From contig OZ024764.1 in assembly GCA_964016885.1 (NCBI GenBank), positions 23,994,001-24,058,000 of the forward strand: DNA of 64,000 nt. Reading direction: 5' to 3'. The notes under the pieces are model-generated. The model had not been told where the DNA came from, searched no databases, and saw only the letters and a program-made list of their open reading frames with translations. Below, piece after piece: positions 41,255 to 53,681 of the stretch. This DNA comes from Eledone cirrhosa. Taxonomy: Eukaryota. A program made the position numbers and the translations under genes. Within the stretch, counting starts at the first letter, position 1. Each line of letters begins with the position of its first letter.

Positions 41255-41942
41255 CTGTTGTGGTTGTTGTTGTTGGTGGTGGTGGTGGTGTGTAGTGGTG
41301 GTGGTGGTGGTGGTGGTGGTGGTGGTGGTGGTGGTGGTGTTGTTGTTGTTGGTGGTGTTGGTGGTGGTGGTGGTGGTGTGTAGTGGTGGTGGTGGTGGTG
41401 GTGTGTAGTGGTGGTGGTGGTGGTGGTGTTGGTGGGGATGGTGTTGTTGTTGTTGTTGGTGGTGTTGGTGGTGGTGTGTAGTGGTGGTGGTGGTGGTGGT
41501 GGTGGCGGTGGCGGTGGTGTTGGTGGTGGTGATGGTGTTGGTGTTGGTGGTGTTGGTGGTGGTGGTGTTGGTGATGGTGTTGGTGGTGGTGTTGGTGGTG
41601 GTGGTGGTGGTGTTGTTGTTGGTGATGTTGGTGGTGGTGGTGGTGTTGGTGGTGGTGGTGTTGTTGTTGTTGATGTGGTTGTTGTTGTTGGTGGTGTTGG
41701 TGGTGTTGTGGTTGTTGTTGTTGTTGATGTGGTTGTTGTTGTTGGTGTTGTTGTTGGTGTTGGTGTTGTTGTTGTGGTTGTTGTTGGTGTTGTTGTGGTT
41801 GTTGTTGGTGTTGTTGTGGTTGTTGTTGGTGGTGGTGTTGGTGGTGGTGGTGGTGGTGTTGTGGTTGTTGTTGGTGCTGTTAGTAGTGGTGTTGGTGTTG
41901 TTGTTAGTAGTAGTGTTGTTGTTGTTGTTGTTGTTGTTGTTA
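41255..41942. repeat. (GGT/GTT)n microsatellite filling a short intron
   Basis: Direct reading. Confidence 0.93.
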
Positions 41943-41966
41943 ATGTAATAAATACAATATAGTTAC

Positions 41967-42082
41967 GCAGTTCCCCTGACAACAGGTGTCGACTGGATTT
42001 CAAATTCATAGAATTCCCAGGTACAGAACAGTGAGGGGTCGGAGTGTTGGAGGGTGGACACAGCTTCTGATGTCAGATTGAC
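41967..42082 (-). CDS. RPGRIP1L: RPGRIP1L-like exon; first C2 domain
   Basis: catcaacag|GTCAAT...GGAACTGC|gtaact; VNLTSEAVSTLQHSDPSLFCTWEFYEFEIQSTPVVRGT (family FCTY.FYDFE.QTTPVVRG); 116 nt, ends in phase 2. Confidence 0.92.
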
Positions 42083-42104
42083 CTGTTGATGGAGGGCAGA
42101 GGTT

Positions 42105-42953
42105 AGTGGTGGTGGTGGTGGTGAGGGTGAGGGTGGGTGTGGTGGTGGTGGAGGTGGTGGTAGTGGAGGTGGTGGTGGCAGTGGAGGTAGTGGTGAGAGT
42201 GAGGGTGGGTGTGGTGGTGGGGGCAGGGTTTAGTAGTGTTAGTGGTGGTAGTGGAGGTGGTGGTGGCAGTGGTGGTGGTGGGTGTGATGGTAGAGATTAG
42301 TGGTGGTGGTGAGGGCATATCATACATATATGATATATATATATATCATATATATATATATATCATATATATATCATACATATATGATATATATATCATA
42401 TATATATATATCATACATATATCATATATATATATATCATATATATATCCTATATATGATACATATATCATATATATATCATATATATATCATATATATA
42501 TATCATATATATATATCATACATATATCATATATATATCATACATATATCATACATATATCATACATATATCATACATATATCATATATATATCATACAT
42601 ATATCATATACATATATCATATATATATCATACATATATCATATATATATCATATATATATATCATACATATATCATACATATATCATATATATATCATA
42701 TATATATCATACATATATCATACATATATCATATATATATCATATATATATCATACATATATCATATATATATCATACATATATCATATATATATCATAT
42801 ATATATCATACATATATCATATATATATCATACATATATCATATATATATCATATATATATCATACATATATCATATATATATCATACATATATCATACA
42901 TATATCATATATATATCATATATATATCATATATATATCATATATATATCATA
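42105..42953. repeat. (GGT)n run followed by (ATATATCAT)n-type repeat
   Basis: Direct reading. Confidence 0.9.
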
Positions 42954-42956
42954 CAA

Positions 42957-43153
42957 AAGCTAAGTATAGGGGTTTACTTTTAGCTAGGTACTTCTCCTGT
43001 AGTTGTTGTACAATGAAAAGAGTGTCTGTGGTACTTTTGCCTGACACAAACCCGAACTGCATTTCATCTAGATCAATTCTCCCTGATTAGTTGCGCTATT
43101 ACTTTTTCTGTGACCTTCATGACCTGGTCGATTAATTTAATGCCTCTATAGTT
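42957..43153 (-). mobile_element. Internal RT fragment of the RTE LINE
   Basis: Reverse complement of ~16187-16385 (NYRGIKLIDQVMKV..QFGFVSGKSTTD..LQEKYL). Confidence 0.9.
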
Positions 43154-43814
43154 ACTCCTATCTAGTCATGATATATATATATATCATGACTGCAACTCGA
43201 TTTCGGTTATTGCCATCACTTGATACTTAAGCATGAACATCATGGACGTGGCTTTTTAGTCCTGCTAGGGACTCGCCTAGGGCCTGCAATACCATACATC
43301 GCCAAAAATGACACATATCAAGCAATTCTTGTGCCTGAAGATTTTTAAGTGTGGAAAGGCTTTGTATGGAAGCAATCTTACTCTCTAAATATCAAATGCA
43401 TTTAGCCAAAATGTAGAACTGGTCTACAATATTGGATACAAACGAAGTCGCAGGTTTTATATCAGAGTCACCTTCTCCTAGAGAGATGTCTTGATGAAGA
43501 CTAGGTGTCTCTTACTCCATAAAAAAAATATATTACCAGATGGCCGGTCTTCAGCGCTACTGGCAACATGTAACCTAGTACAATATGTACATGATCAGGT
43601 CATTGGCGACTAAATCGGCAACCCACCAAGCTTGTTTGTTGGGGAGGGTGATTTTAGAAACCTTGTGAGATGAAAAGAAAACTCGTTAAATGGCGAAGGA
43701 ACTCAGTAGAGTCAACGGCCATCCAATATATATATATGGAGGTGCCACAGCAAAAAAGCACCCAGCCCACACTGTAAAGTGGTCATGTAGGTGTCATGAC
43801 AAAAAGTATCCAGG

Positions 43815-44020
43815 GCGCCCATGTCTGTAGAGCTTGTCTCGAACTGGTAGAGCTCCTCGGTAGCACTGCCAGGCCAGGGACTTTCGGAAGTTGTCCATCG
43901 GTCCCGGGCGGAAGGTCCTACCGAACAGACTGGCCAGTTCATCTTCCTCTACGCCTAGAGTTTCACCGAGCGCGTCGTCGCACTTGCTGCGGATCAACCC
44001 TCTATAGAATGACGAAGTGG
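43815..44020 (-). mobile_element. L1/Tx1-like ORF2 C-terminal remnant
   Basis: SSFYRGLI...DNFRKSLAWQCYRGALPVRDKLYRHG resembles the region leading into the L1/Tx1 C-terminal zinc finger. Confidence 0.55.
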
Positions 44021-44023
44021 TAT

Positions 44024-44054
<31 letters not shown>

Positions 44055-44062
44055 TACTCTAC

Positions 44063-44137
44063 CTTATGTACGTGGATTTCAAATATGTTTTGTCCTCTCT
44101 CCAACTCTATACTCTCGTCTAACCCATTAGTTTTATC
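44063..44137 (-). CDS. RPGRIP1L: RPGRIP1L-like exon; start of first C2 domain
   Basis: cttcctgcag|GATAAA...CATAAG|gtagag; DKTNGLDESIELERGQNIFEIHVHK (family LERGENLFEIHI); 75 nt. Confidence 0.92.
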
Positions 44138-44342
44138 CTGCAGGAAGAAGAAAAAAACTGTCAAATCTCTTCTTAAAACGATACATGTATGTGGGGGGTG
44201 AGAGTGTGTGTGTGTGGGAGAGAGTGTGTGTGTGTGAGTGTATGTGAGAGAGTGTGTGTGTGTGTGTGAGAGAGTGGGTTTGCGTGTGAGAGTGATAATT
44301 CAAAATTCAATAAGACCAAGGATAAATATGTTTTGTTCTAAT

Positions 44343-44430
44343 TTTAGCACAAGGCCAGCAATTACCCCAGTGCATTACTGGTGCTTTATTTTATTGACCC
44401 TGTAAGGATGAAAGGCAAAGTTAACCTCGG
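44343..44430 (-). mobile_element. SINE (second family), 3' fragment
   Basis: GCACAAGGCCAGCAATT..CATTACTGGT..AGGATGAAAGGCAAAGTTAACCTCGG. Confidence 0.75.
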
Positions 44431-44559
44431 TGCTTTTGTCATGTCACCAGTACAACCACTTTACAGTGTGGACTGGGTACTTTTTGTTGTGAAGGTGTAT
44501 ATAGAATATATAACACTTTAGTGGTGCAGGTGTAGCGGAGCTAATTACTTGGTGTGTTA

Positions 44560-47500
44560 ACAATCTTGCCAACAACAACCCTGAGTACCTTTTTGATTTC
44601 CATGTGTCTAACACACGTGGACATGACTACAAGGTCAGAAAACAGCACAATTCCCATGACTTTCGGAAACATTTTTTCACGCACAGAGTTGCTGAAGCAT
44701 GGAACAAACTACCTGCATCAGTTGTTAGTTGTCGAGACACTGCATCCTTTAAAACCTCCATGGAACAAACTCCCTGCATCAGTTGTTAGTTGTCGAGACA
44801 CTGCATCCTTTAAAACCTCCATGGAACAAACTACCTGCATCAGTTGTTAGCTGTCGAGACACTGCATCCTTTAAAACCTCCATAGAACAAACTACCTGCA
44901 TCAGTTGTTAGTTGTCGCGACACTGCATCCTTTAAAACCTCCATGGAACAAACTACCTGCATCAGTTGTTAGCTGTCGAAACACTGCATCCTTTAAAACC
45001 TCCATAGAACAAACTACCTGCATCAGTTGTTAGTTGTCGCGACACTGCATCCTTTAAAACCTCCATGGAACAAACTACCTGCATCAGTTGTTAGTTGTCG
45101 AGACACTGCATCCTTTAAAACCTCCATGGAACAAACTACCTGCATCAGTTGTTAGTTGTCGAGACACTGCATCCTTTAAAACATCCATGGAAAAAACTAC
45201 CTGCATCAGTTGTTAGTTGTCGAGACACTGCACCCTTTAAAACCTCCATGGAACAAACTACCTGCATCAGTTGTTAGTTGTCGCGACACTGCATCCTTTA
45301 AAACATCCATGGAACAAACTACCTGCATCAGTTGTTAGCTGTCGAGACACTGCATCCTTTAAAACCTCCATGGAACAAACTACCTGCATCAGTTGTTAGC
45401 TGTCGAGACACTGCATCCTTTAAAACCTCCATGGAACAAACTACCTGCATCAGTTGTTAGCTGTCGAGACACTGCAGCCTTTAAAACCTCCATGGAACAA
45501 ACTCCCTGCATCAGTTGTTAGCTGTCGAGACACTGCAGCCTTTAAAACCTCCATGGAACAAACTACCTGCATCAATTGTTAGCTGTCGAGACACTGCATC
45601 CTTTAAAACCTCCATGGAACAAACTCCCTGCATCAGTTGTTAGCTGTCGAGACACTGCAGCCTTTAAAACCTCCATGGAACAAACTACCTGCATCAGTTG
45701 TTAGCTGTCGCGACACTGCATCCTTTAAAACATCCATGGAACAAACTACCTGCATCAGTTGTTAGCTGTCGCGACACTGCATCCTTTAAAACCTCCATGG
45801 AACAAACTACCTGCATCAGTTGTTAGCTGTCGAGACACTGCATCCTTTAAAACCTCCATGGAACAAACTACCTGCATCAGTTGTTAGTTGTCGCAACACT
45901 GCATCCTTTAAAACCTCCATGGAACAAACTACCTGCATCAGTTGTTAGCTGTCGAGACACTGCATCCTTTAAAACCTCCATGGAACAAACTACCTGCATC
46001 AGTTGTTAGCTGTCGAGACACTGCATCCTTTAAAACATCCATGGAACAAACTACCTGCATCAGTTGTTAGCTGTCGAGACACTGCATCCTTTAAAACATC
46101 CATGGAACAAACTACCTGCATCAGTTGTTAGCTGTCGAGACACTGCATCCTTTAAAACATCCATGGAACAAACTACCTGCATCAGTTGTTAGCTGTTGAG
46201 ACACTGCATCCTTTAAAACCTCCATGGAACAAACTACCTGCATCAGTTGTTAGCTGTCGAGACACTGCATCCTTTAAAACCTCCATGGAACAAACTACCT
46301 GCATCAGTTGTTAGCTGTCGAGACACTGCATCCTTTAAAACCTCCATGGAACAAACTACCTGCATCAGTTGTTAGTTGTCGCAACACTGCATCCTTTAAA
46401 ACCTCCATGGAACAAACTACCTGCATCAGTTGTTAGCTGTCGAGACACTGCATCCTTTAAAACCTCCATGGAACAAACTACCTGCATCAGTTGTTAGCTG
46501 TTGAGACACTGCATCCTTTAAAACCTCCATGGAACAAACTACCTGCATCAGTTGTTAGCTGTCGAGACACTGCATCCTTTAAAACCTCCATGGAACAAAC
46601 TCCCTGCATCAGTTGTTAGCTGTCGCGACACTGCATCCTTTAAAACCTTCATGGAACAAACTACCTGCATCAGTTGTTAGCTGTCGCGACACTGCATCCT
46701 TTAAAACCTCCATGGAACAAACTCCCTGCATCAGTTGTTAGCTGTCGCGACACTGCATCCTTTAAAACCTTCATGGAACAAACTACCTGCATCAGTTGTT
46801 AGCTGTCGCGACACTGCATCCTTTAAAACATCCATGGAACAAACTACCTGCATCAGTTGTTAGCTGTCGCGACACTGCATCCTTTAAAACCTCCATGGAA
46901 CAAACTACCTGCATCAGTTGTTAGCTGTCGAGACACTGCATCCTTTAAAACCTCCATGGAACAAACTACCTGCATCAGTTGTTAGTTGTCGCAACACTGC
47001 ATCCTTTAAAACCTCCATGGAACAAACTACCTGCATCAGTTGTTAGCTGTCGAGACACTGCATCCTTTAAAACCTCCATGGAACAAACTACCTGCATCAG
47101 TTGTTAGCTGTCGAGACACTGCATCCTTTAAAACATCCATGGAACAAACTACCTGCATCAGTTGTTAGCTGTCGAGACACTGCATCCTTTAAAACATCCA
47201 TGGAACAAACTACCTGCATCAGTTGTTAGCTGTCGAGACACTGCATCCTTTAAAACATCCATGGAACAAACTACCTGCATCAGTTGTTAGCTGTTGAGAC
47301 ACTGCATCCTTTAAAACCTCCATGGAACAAACTACCTGCATCAGTTGTTAGCTGTCGAGACACTGCATCCTTTAAAACCTCCATGGAACAAACTACCTGC
47401 ATCAGTTGTTAGCTGTCGAGACACTGCATCCTTTAAAACCTCCATGGAACAAACTACCTGCATCAGTTGTTAGTTGTCGCAACACTGCATCCTTTAAAAC

Positions 47501-50372
47501 CTCCATGGAACAAACTACCTGCATCAGTTGTTAGCTGTCGAGACACTGCATCCTTTAAAACCTCCATGGAACAAACTACCTGCATCAGTTGTTAGCTGTT
47601 GAGACACTGCATCCTTTAAAACCTCCATGGAACAAACTACCTGCATCAGTTGTTAGCTGTCGAGACACTGCATCCTTTAAAACCTCCATGGAACAAACTC
47701 CCTGCATCAGTTGTTAGCTGTCGCGACACTGCATCCTTTAAAACCTTCATGGAACAAACTACCTGCATCAGTTGTTAGCTGTCGCGACACTGCATCCTTT
47801 AAAACCTCCATGGAACAAACTCCCTGCATCAGTTGTTAGCTGTCGCGACACTGCATCCTTTAAAACCTTCATGGAACAAACTACCTGCATCAGTTGTTAG
47901 CTGTCGCGACACTGCATCCTTTAAAACCTCCATGGAACAAACTACCTGCATCAGTTGTTAGCTGTCGAAACACTGCATCCTTTAAAACCTCCATAGAACA
48001 AACTACCTGCATCAGTTGTTAGTTGTCGCGACACTGCATCCTTTAAAACCTCCATGGAACAAACTACCTGCATCAGTTGTTAGTTGTCGAGACACTGCAT
48101 CCTTTAAAACCTCCATGGAACAAACTACCTGCATCAGTTGTTAGTTGTCGAGACACTGCATCCTTTAAAACATCCATGGAAAAAACTACCTGCATCAGTT
48201 GTTAGTTGTCGAGACACTGCACCCTTTAAAACCTCCATGGAACAAACTACCTGCATCAGTTGTTAGTTGTCGCGACACTGCATCCTTTAAAACATCCATG
48301 GAACAAACTACCTGCATCAGTTGTTAGCTGTCGAGACACTGCATCCTTTAAAACCTCCATGGAACAAACTACCTGCATCAGTTGTTAGCTGTCGAGACAC
48401 TGCATCCTTTAAAACCTCCATGGAACAAACTACCTGCATCAGTTGTTAGCTGTCGAGACACTGCAGCCTTTAAAACCTCCATGGAACAAACTCCCTGCAT
48501 CAGTTGTTAGCTGTCGAGACACTGCAGCCTTTAAAACCTCCATGGAACAAACTACCTGCATCAATTGTTAGCTGTCGAGACACTGCATCCTTTAAAACCT
48601 CCATGGAACAAACTCCCTGCATCAGTTGTTAGCTGTCGAGACACTGCAGCCTTTAAAACCTCCATGGAACAAACTACCTGCATCAGTTGTTAGCTGTCGC
48701 GACACTGCATCCTTTAAAACATCCATGGAACAAACTACCTGCATCAGTTGTTAGCTGTCGCGACACTGCATCCTTTAAAACCTCCATGGAACAAACTACC
48801 TGCATCAGTTGTTAGCTGTCGAGACACTGCATCCTTTAAAACCTCCATGGAACAAACTACCTGCATCAGTTGTTAGTTGTCGCAACACTGCATCCTTTAA
48901 AACCTCCATGGAACAAACTACCTGCATCAGTTGTTAGCTGTCGAGACACTGCATCCTTTAAAACCTCCATGGAACAAACTACCTGCATCAGTTGTTAGCT
49001 GTCGAGACACTGCATCCTTTAAAACATCCATGGAACAAACTACCTGCATCAGTTGTTAGCTGTCGAGACACTGCATCCTTTAAAACATCCATGGAACAAA
49101 CTACCTGCATCAGTTGTTAGCTGTCGAGACACTGCATCCTTTAAAACATCCATGGAACAAACTACCTGCATCAGTTGTTAGCTGTTGAGACACTGCATCC
49201 TTTAAAACCTCCATGGAACAAACTACCTGCATCAGTTGTTAGCTGTCGAGACACTGCATCCTTTAAAACCTCCATGGAACAAACTACCTGCATCAGTTGT
49301 TAGCTGTCGAGACACTGCATCCTTTAAAACCTCCATGGAACAAACTACCTGCATCAGTTGTTAGTTGTCGCAACACTGCATCCTTTAAAACCTCCATGGA
49401 ACAAACTACCTGCATCAGTTGTTAGCTGTCGAGACACTGCATCCTTTAAAACCTCCATGGAACAAACTACCTGCATCAGTTGTTAGCTGTTGAGACACTG
49501 CATCCTTTAAAACCTCCATGGAACAAACTACCTGCATCAGTTGTTAGCTGTCGAGACACTGCATCCTTTAAAACCTCCATGGAACAAACTCCCTGCATCA
49601 GTTGTTAGCTGTCGCGACACTGCATCCTTTAAAACCTTCATGGAACAAACTACCTGCATCAGTTGTTAGCTGTCGCGACACTGCATCCTTTAAAACCTCC
49701 ATGGAACAAACTCCCTGCATCAGTTGTTAGCTGTCGCGACACTGCATCCTTTAAAACCTTCATGGAACAAACTACCTGCATCAGTTGTTAGCTGTCGCGA
49801 CACTGCATCCTTTAAAACCTCCATGGAACAAACTACCTGCATCAGTTGTTAGCTGTCGGGACACTGCATCCTTTAAAACCTCCATGGAACAAACTCCCTG
49901 CATCAGTTGTTAGCTGTCGCGACACTGCATCCTTTAAAACCTTCATGGAACAAACTACCTGCATCAGTTGTTAGCTGTCGCGACACTGCATCCTTTAAAA
50001 CCTCCATGGAACAAACTACCTGCATCAGTTGTTAGCTGTCGGGACACTGCATCCTTTAAAACCTCCATGGAACAAACTACCTGCATCAGTTGTTAGCTGT
50101 CGCGACACTGCATCCTTTAAAACATCCATGGAACAAACTACCTGCATCAGTTGTTAGCTGTTGAGACACTGCAGCCTTTAAAACCTCCATGCTTCCTGAG
50201 ATTCCCCAACACTACACCTAATATTCCCCCTCCATACACATACACACATGTATATCATGACTCATACACTGTTCACTTCCCTGACATTTGTGTATTATTC
50301 TATGTACTTTACATACACCTTTGACGAGTTGTAGTGCACCTGAGCATTTTACACAATAATTTCATTATTATT
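44560..50372 (+). mobile_element. CR1/L2-group LINE 3' end with a 61-bp coding segment amplified ~90 times (44698-50192)
   Basis: NTRGHDYKVRKQHNSHDFRKHFFTHRVAEAWNKLPASVVSCRDTASFKTSM|LPEIPQHYT* (CR1-type TRGH..FF..RV..WN.LP..VV..FK); 3' UTR ending in a short ATT run. Confidence 0.88.
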
Positions 50373-51039
50373 AATATTCCTATTAATAATCTATTTATAA
50401 TCTTAAGTTGAGTATCGATATTATCAACTTCCGCCCTGCTGGAAGATTTTCACGCTTCTTTTGTTTTCACTTTACCCAGTTGCTGCTTTCACATCAAGAC
50501 GTAAACAGCCATTTTTACTTGCCATGTCCACACCAAGCAGAATGTAACGGTATATTACAACTTTGGCCTGGTTGGCAACATGTCAGCTAACGACCATGCC
50601 TTCTTAGCATATAACACAATTTTTGTTTGTTCACTTTATTTGACATGCCAGTATAACTTTTGTAATCCTTTCAGTTTGTAAATAAATTATGTAAAATATT
50701 ATAAAGTCTTATAATACTTTTACTTTCACCGCATTGAACGTGATATGGGAAAATCCTTTTCCCGAGGTTCTATCACTACAACGACAAATTCTCTTCTTTC
50801 GTGGCAACAACTTTACAACTGAACAACTTCTACGTTAGACTTCCTTTCGGCTAACATTGCCACACATAACAAAACTTTACATTCCTTGCTACTACAATTT
50901 AATAACATATTCCTCTAATGCTATTATCACAAGCAGTATATCGACAGTCGATTGACTTTCGTCAAATCAGACCGAGGAAACAATGTTTCCGTTGGTCTTT
51001 CCAATTGCTAATACTATCTATCGGTCTCAACTCCAGGTG

Positions 51040-51160
51040 AAGGAGCAACGTGAAATAAAGTGTCTTGCTCAAGGACATAACGCATCGCCCAGTCTGAGAA
51101 TCGAACTGACAACCTCACGATTGCGAATCCAATTCTCTAACCAATCAGCCACATGCCTTC
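51040..51160 (-). mobile_element. CORE-type SINE head and CORE region
   Basis: Reverse complement resembles 13852-13970. Confidence 0.8.
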
Positions 51161-51224
51161 ACAGTATACAATAGTGCTAAAAAGGTGTATATAGAATGTA
51201 TAACAGTTTAGTAGGTCCACTCAC

Positions 51225-51296
51225 CAGTTCCAAAGACAGTGCCAACTTCTGTTGTTTGGTACCATACGCTATATCACGTAGCTGAGATTCCATTTT
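51225..51296 (-). CDS. RPGRIP1L: RPGRIP1L-like exon
   Basis: tttttcag|AAAATG...GAACTG|gtgagt; KMESQLRDIAYGTKQQKLALSLEL (family KLEAQLKDIAYGTKQ); 72 nt. Confidence 0.93.
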
Positions 51297-51346
51297 CTGA
51301 AAAAGACAAGAGGTACTGTTACAACTAAAGTATATAATAGAGTAAC

Positions 51347-52923
51347 TGGTAGTGTTGGTACCATGATACACCCAGTACACTCTGTAATGTGGTAGTGTTG
51401 GTGTCATGATATAATACACCCAGTACACTCTGTAAAGTGGCAGTGTTGGTGTCATGATATAATACACCCAGTACACTCTGTAAAGTGGTAGTTTTGGTGT
51501 CATGATATAATACACCCAGCACACTCTGTAAAGTGGTAGTGTTGGTGTCATGATATAATACACCCAGTACACTCTGTAAAGTGGCAGTGTTGGTGTCATG
51601 ATAAAATACACCCAGTACACTCTGTAAAGTAGTAGTGTTGGTGTCATGATATAATACACCCAGTACACTCCGTAAAGTGGTAGTGTTGGTGTCATGATAT
51701 AATACACCCAGTACACTCTGTAAAGTGGTAGTGTTGGTGTCATGATATAATACACCCAGTACACTCTGTAAAGTGGTAGTATTGGTGTCATGATATAATA
51801 CACCCAGTACACTCTGTAATGTGGTAGTGTTGGTGTCATGATATAATACACCCAGTACACTCTGTAAGGTGGTAGTGTTGGTGTCATGATATAATACACC
51901 CAGTACACTCTGTAAAGTAGTAGTGTTGGTGTCATGATATAATACACCCAGTACACTCTGTAAAGTAGTAGTGTTGGTGTCATGATATAATACACCCAGT
52001 ACACTCTGTAATGTGGTAGTGTTGGTGTCATGATATAATATACCCAGTACACTTTGTATAGTAGTAGTGTTGGTGTCATGATATAATACACCCAGTACAC
52101 TCTGTAATGTGGTAGTGTTGGTGTCATGATATAATACACCCAGTACACTCTGTAAGGTGGTAGTGTTGGTGTCATGATATAATACACCCAGTACACTCTG
52201 TAAAGTAGTAGTGTTGGTGTCATGATATAATACACCCAGTACACTCTGTAATGTGGTAGTGTTGGTGTCATGATATAATACACCCAGTACACTCTGTAAA
52301 GTGGTAGTGTTGGTACCATGATATAATACACCCAGTACACTCTGTAAAGCGGTAGTGTTGGTGTCATGATATAATACACCCAGTACACTCTGTAAAGTGG
52401 TAGTGTTGGTGTCATGATATAATACACCCAGCACACTCTGTAAAGTGGTAGTGTTGGTGTCATGATATAATACACCCAGTACACTCTGTAAAGTGGTAGT
52501 GTTGGTGTCATGATATAATACACCTAGTACACTCTGTAAAGTGGTAGTGTTGGTGTCATGATATAATACACCCAGTACACTCTGTATAGTAGTAGTGTTG
52601 GTGTCAGTATATAATACACCCAGTACACTCTGTAAAGTGGTAGTGTTGGTGTCATGATATAATACACCCAGTACACTCTGTAATGTGGTAGTGTTGGTGT
52701 CATGATATAATACACCCAGTACACTCTGTACAGTGGTAGTTTTGGTGTCATGATATAATACACCCAGTACACTCTGTAAAGTGGTAGTGTTGGTGTCATG
52801 ATATAATACACCCAGTACACTCTGTACAGTGGTAGTGTTGGTGTCATGATATAATACACCCAGTACACTCTGTAAAGTGGTAGTGTTGGTGTCATGATAA
52901 AATACACCCAGTACACTCTGTAA
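51347..52923 (+). repeat. 48-bp minisatellite, ~33 copies; diverged relative of the RTE 3' UTR unit
   Basis: Unit CACCCAGTACACTCTGTAAAGTGGTAGTGTTGGTGTCATGATATAATA shares ACCCAGT.CAC.CTGTAAAGTGGT..TGT.GGTGTCA with the 27290 unit. Confidence 0.9.
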
Positions 52924-53053
52924 CTGAGAGGTAGATAGAGAGAAAGAACAAGGAGAAAGAGAGAAGTGAGAGAGAGGAAGAGAGAGGCAGTGAGAGGAAG
53001 TGAGAGGAAGTAAGAGGAAGTGAGACAGGAAATGAGAGAGAGAGGAAGTGTAC

Positions 53054-53155
53054 CTTTATACGAGCTGCTCTGATGTCCAACAAGGTGACGTATTCATTGA
53101 GTCTGACCTCACATTCCCGCTGGGTGTTCTCTGTCTTTTGGTGAGCAGCTTCTAT
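53054..53155 (-). CDS. RPGRIP1L: RPGRIP1L-like exon
   Basis: cctcctcag|ATAGAA...ATAAAG|gtacac; IEAAHQKTENTQRECEVRLNEYVTLLDIRAARIK contains LLDIRAARI; 102 nt. Confidence 0.93.
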
Positions 53156-53191
53156 CTGAGGAGGTAACACGGAGACAAGGGAGATTAGATA

Positions 53192-53670
53192 TTGTGGTGG
53201 TGGTGGGGGGTGGGGATGATGGCAGGGGTGGTGGTGGGGATGATGGGCGGGGGATGGTGGCGAGGGTGGGGATGATGGTAGGGGTGGTGGGGGGGGGGGT
53301 ATGATGGCAGGGGCGGTGGTGGTGGTGGATGATGGCAGGGGTGGTGGTGGTGGTGGATGATGGCAGGGGCGGTGGTGGTGGTGGATGATGGCAGGGGTGG
53401 TGGTGGTGGATGATGGCAGGGGTGGTGATGGTGGGGGATGATGGCAGGGGCGGTGGTGGTGGTGGATGATGGCAGGGGTGGTGGTGGTGGGGGATGATGG
53501 CAGGGGTGGTGGTGGTGGGGGATGATGGCAGGGGTGGTGGCGGTGGGGGATGATGGCAGGGGCAGTGGTTGTGGAAGATGATGGCAGGGGTGGTGGTGGT
53601 GGGGTGACAGTGACGGCGGCAGGGTGGTGGTGGTGGTGGAGATGATGATGATGATGATGATGATGATGAT
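53192..53670. repeat. GGT/GAT-rich repeat with GGCAGGG motif
   Basis: Direct reading. Confidence 0.9.
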
Positions 53671-53681
53671 ATATATATATC

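Noticed and set aside
43330-43375. CTGAAGA...GAAA spacing
   Set aside because: Stems I and II do not pair
44698-50192. Possible CRISPR-like arrays (also 1319-6412 and 57550-59877)
   Set aside because: Head-to-tail units with no unique spacers, eukaryotic context, no cas genes
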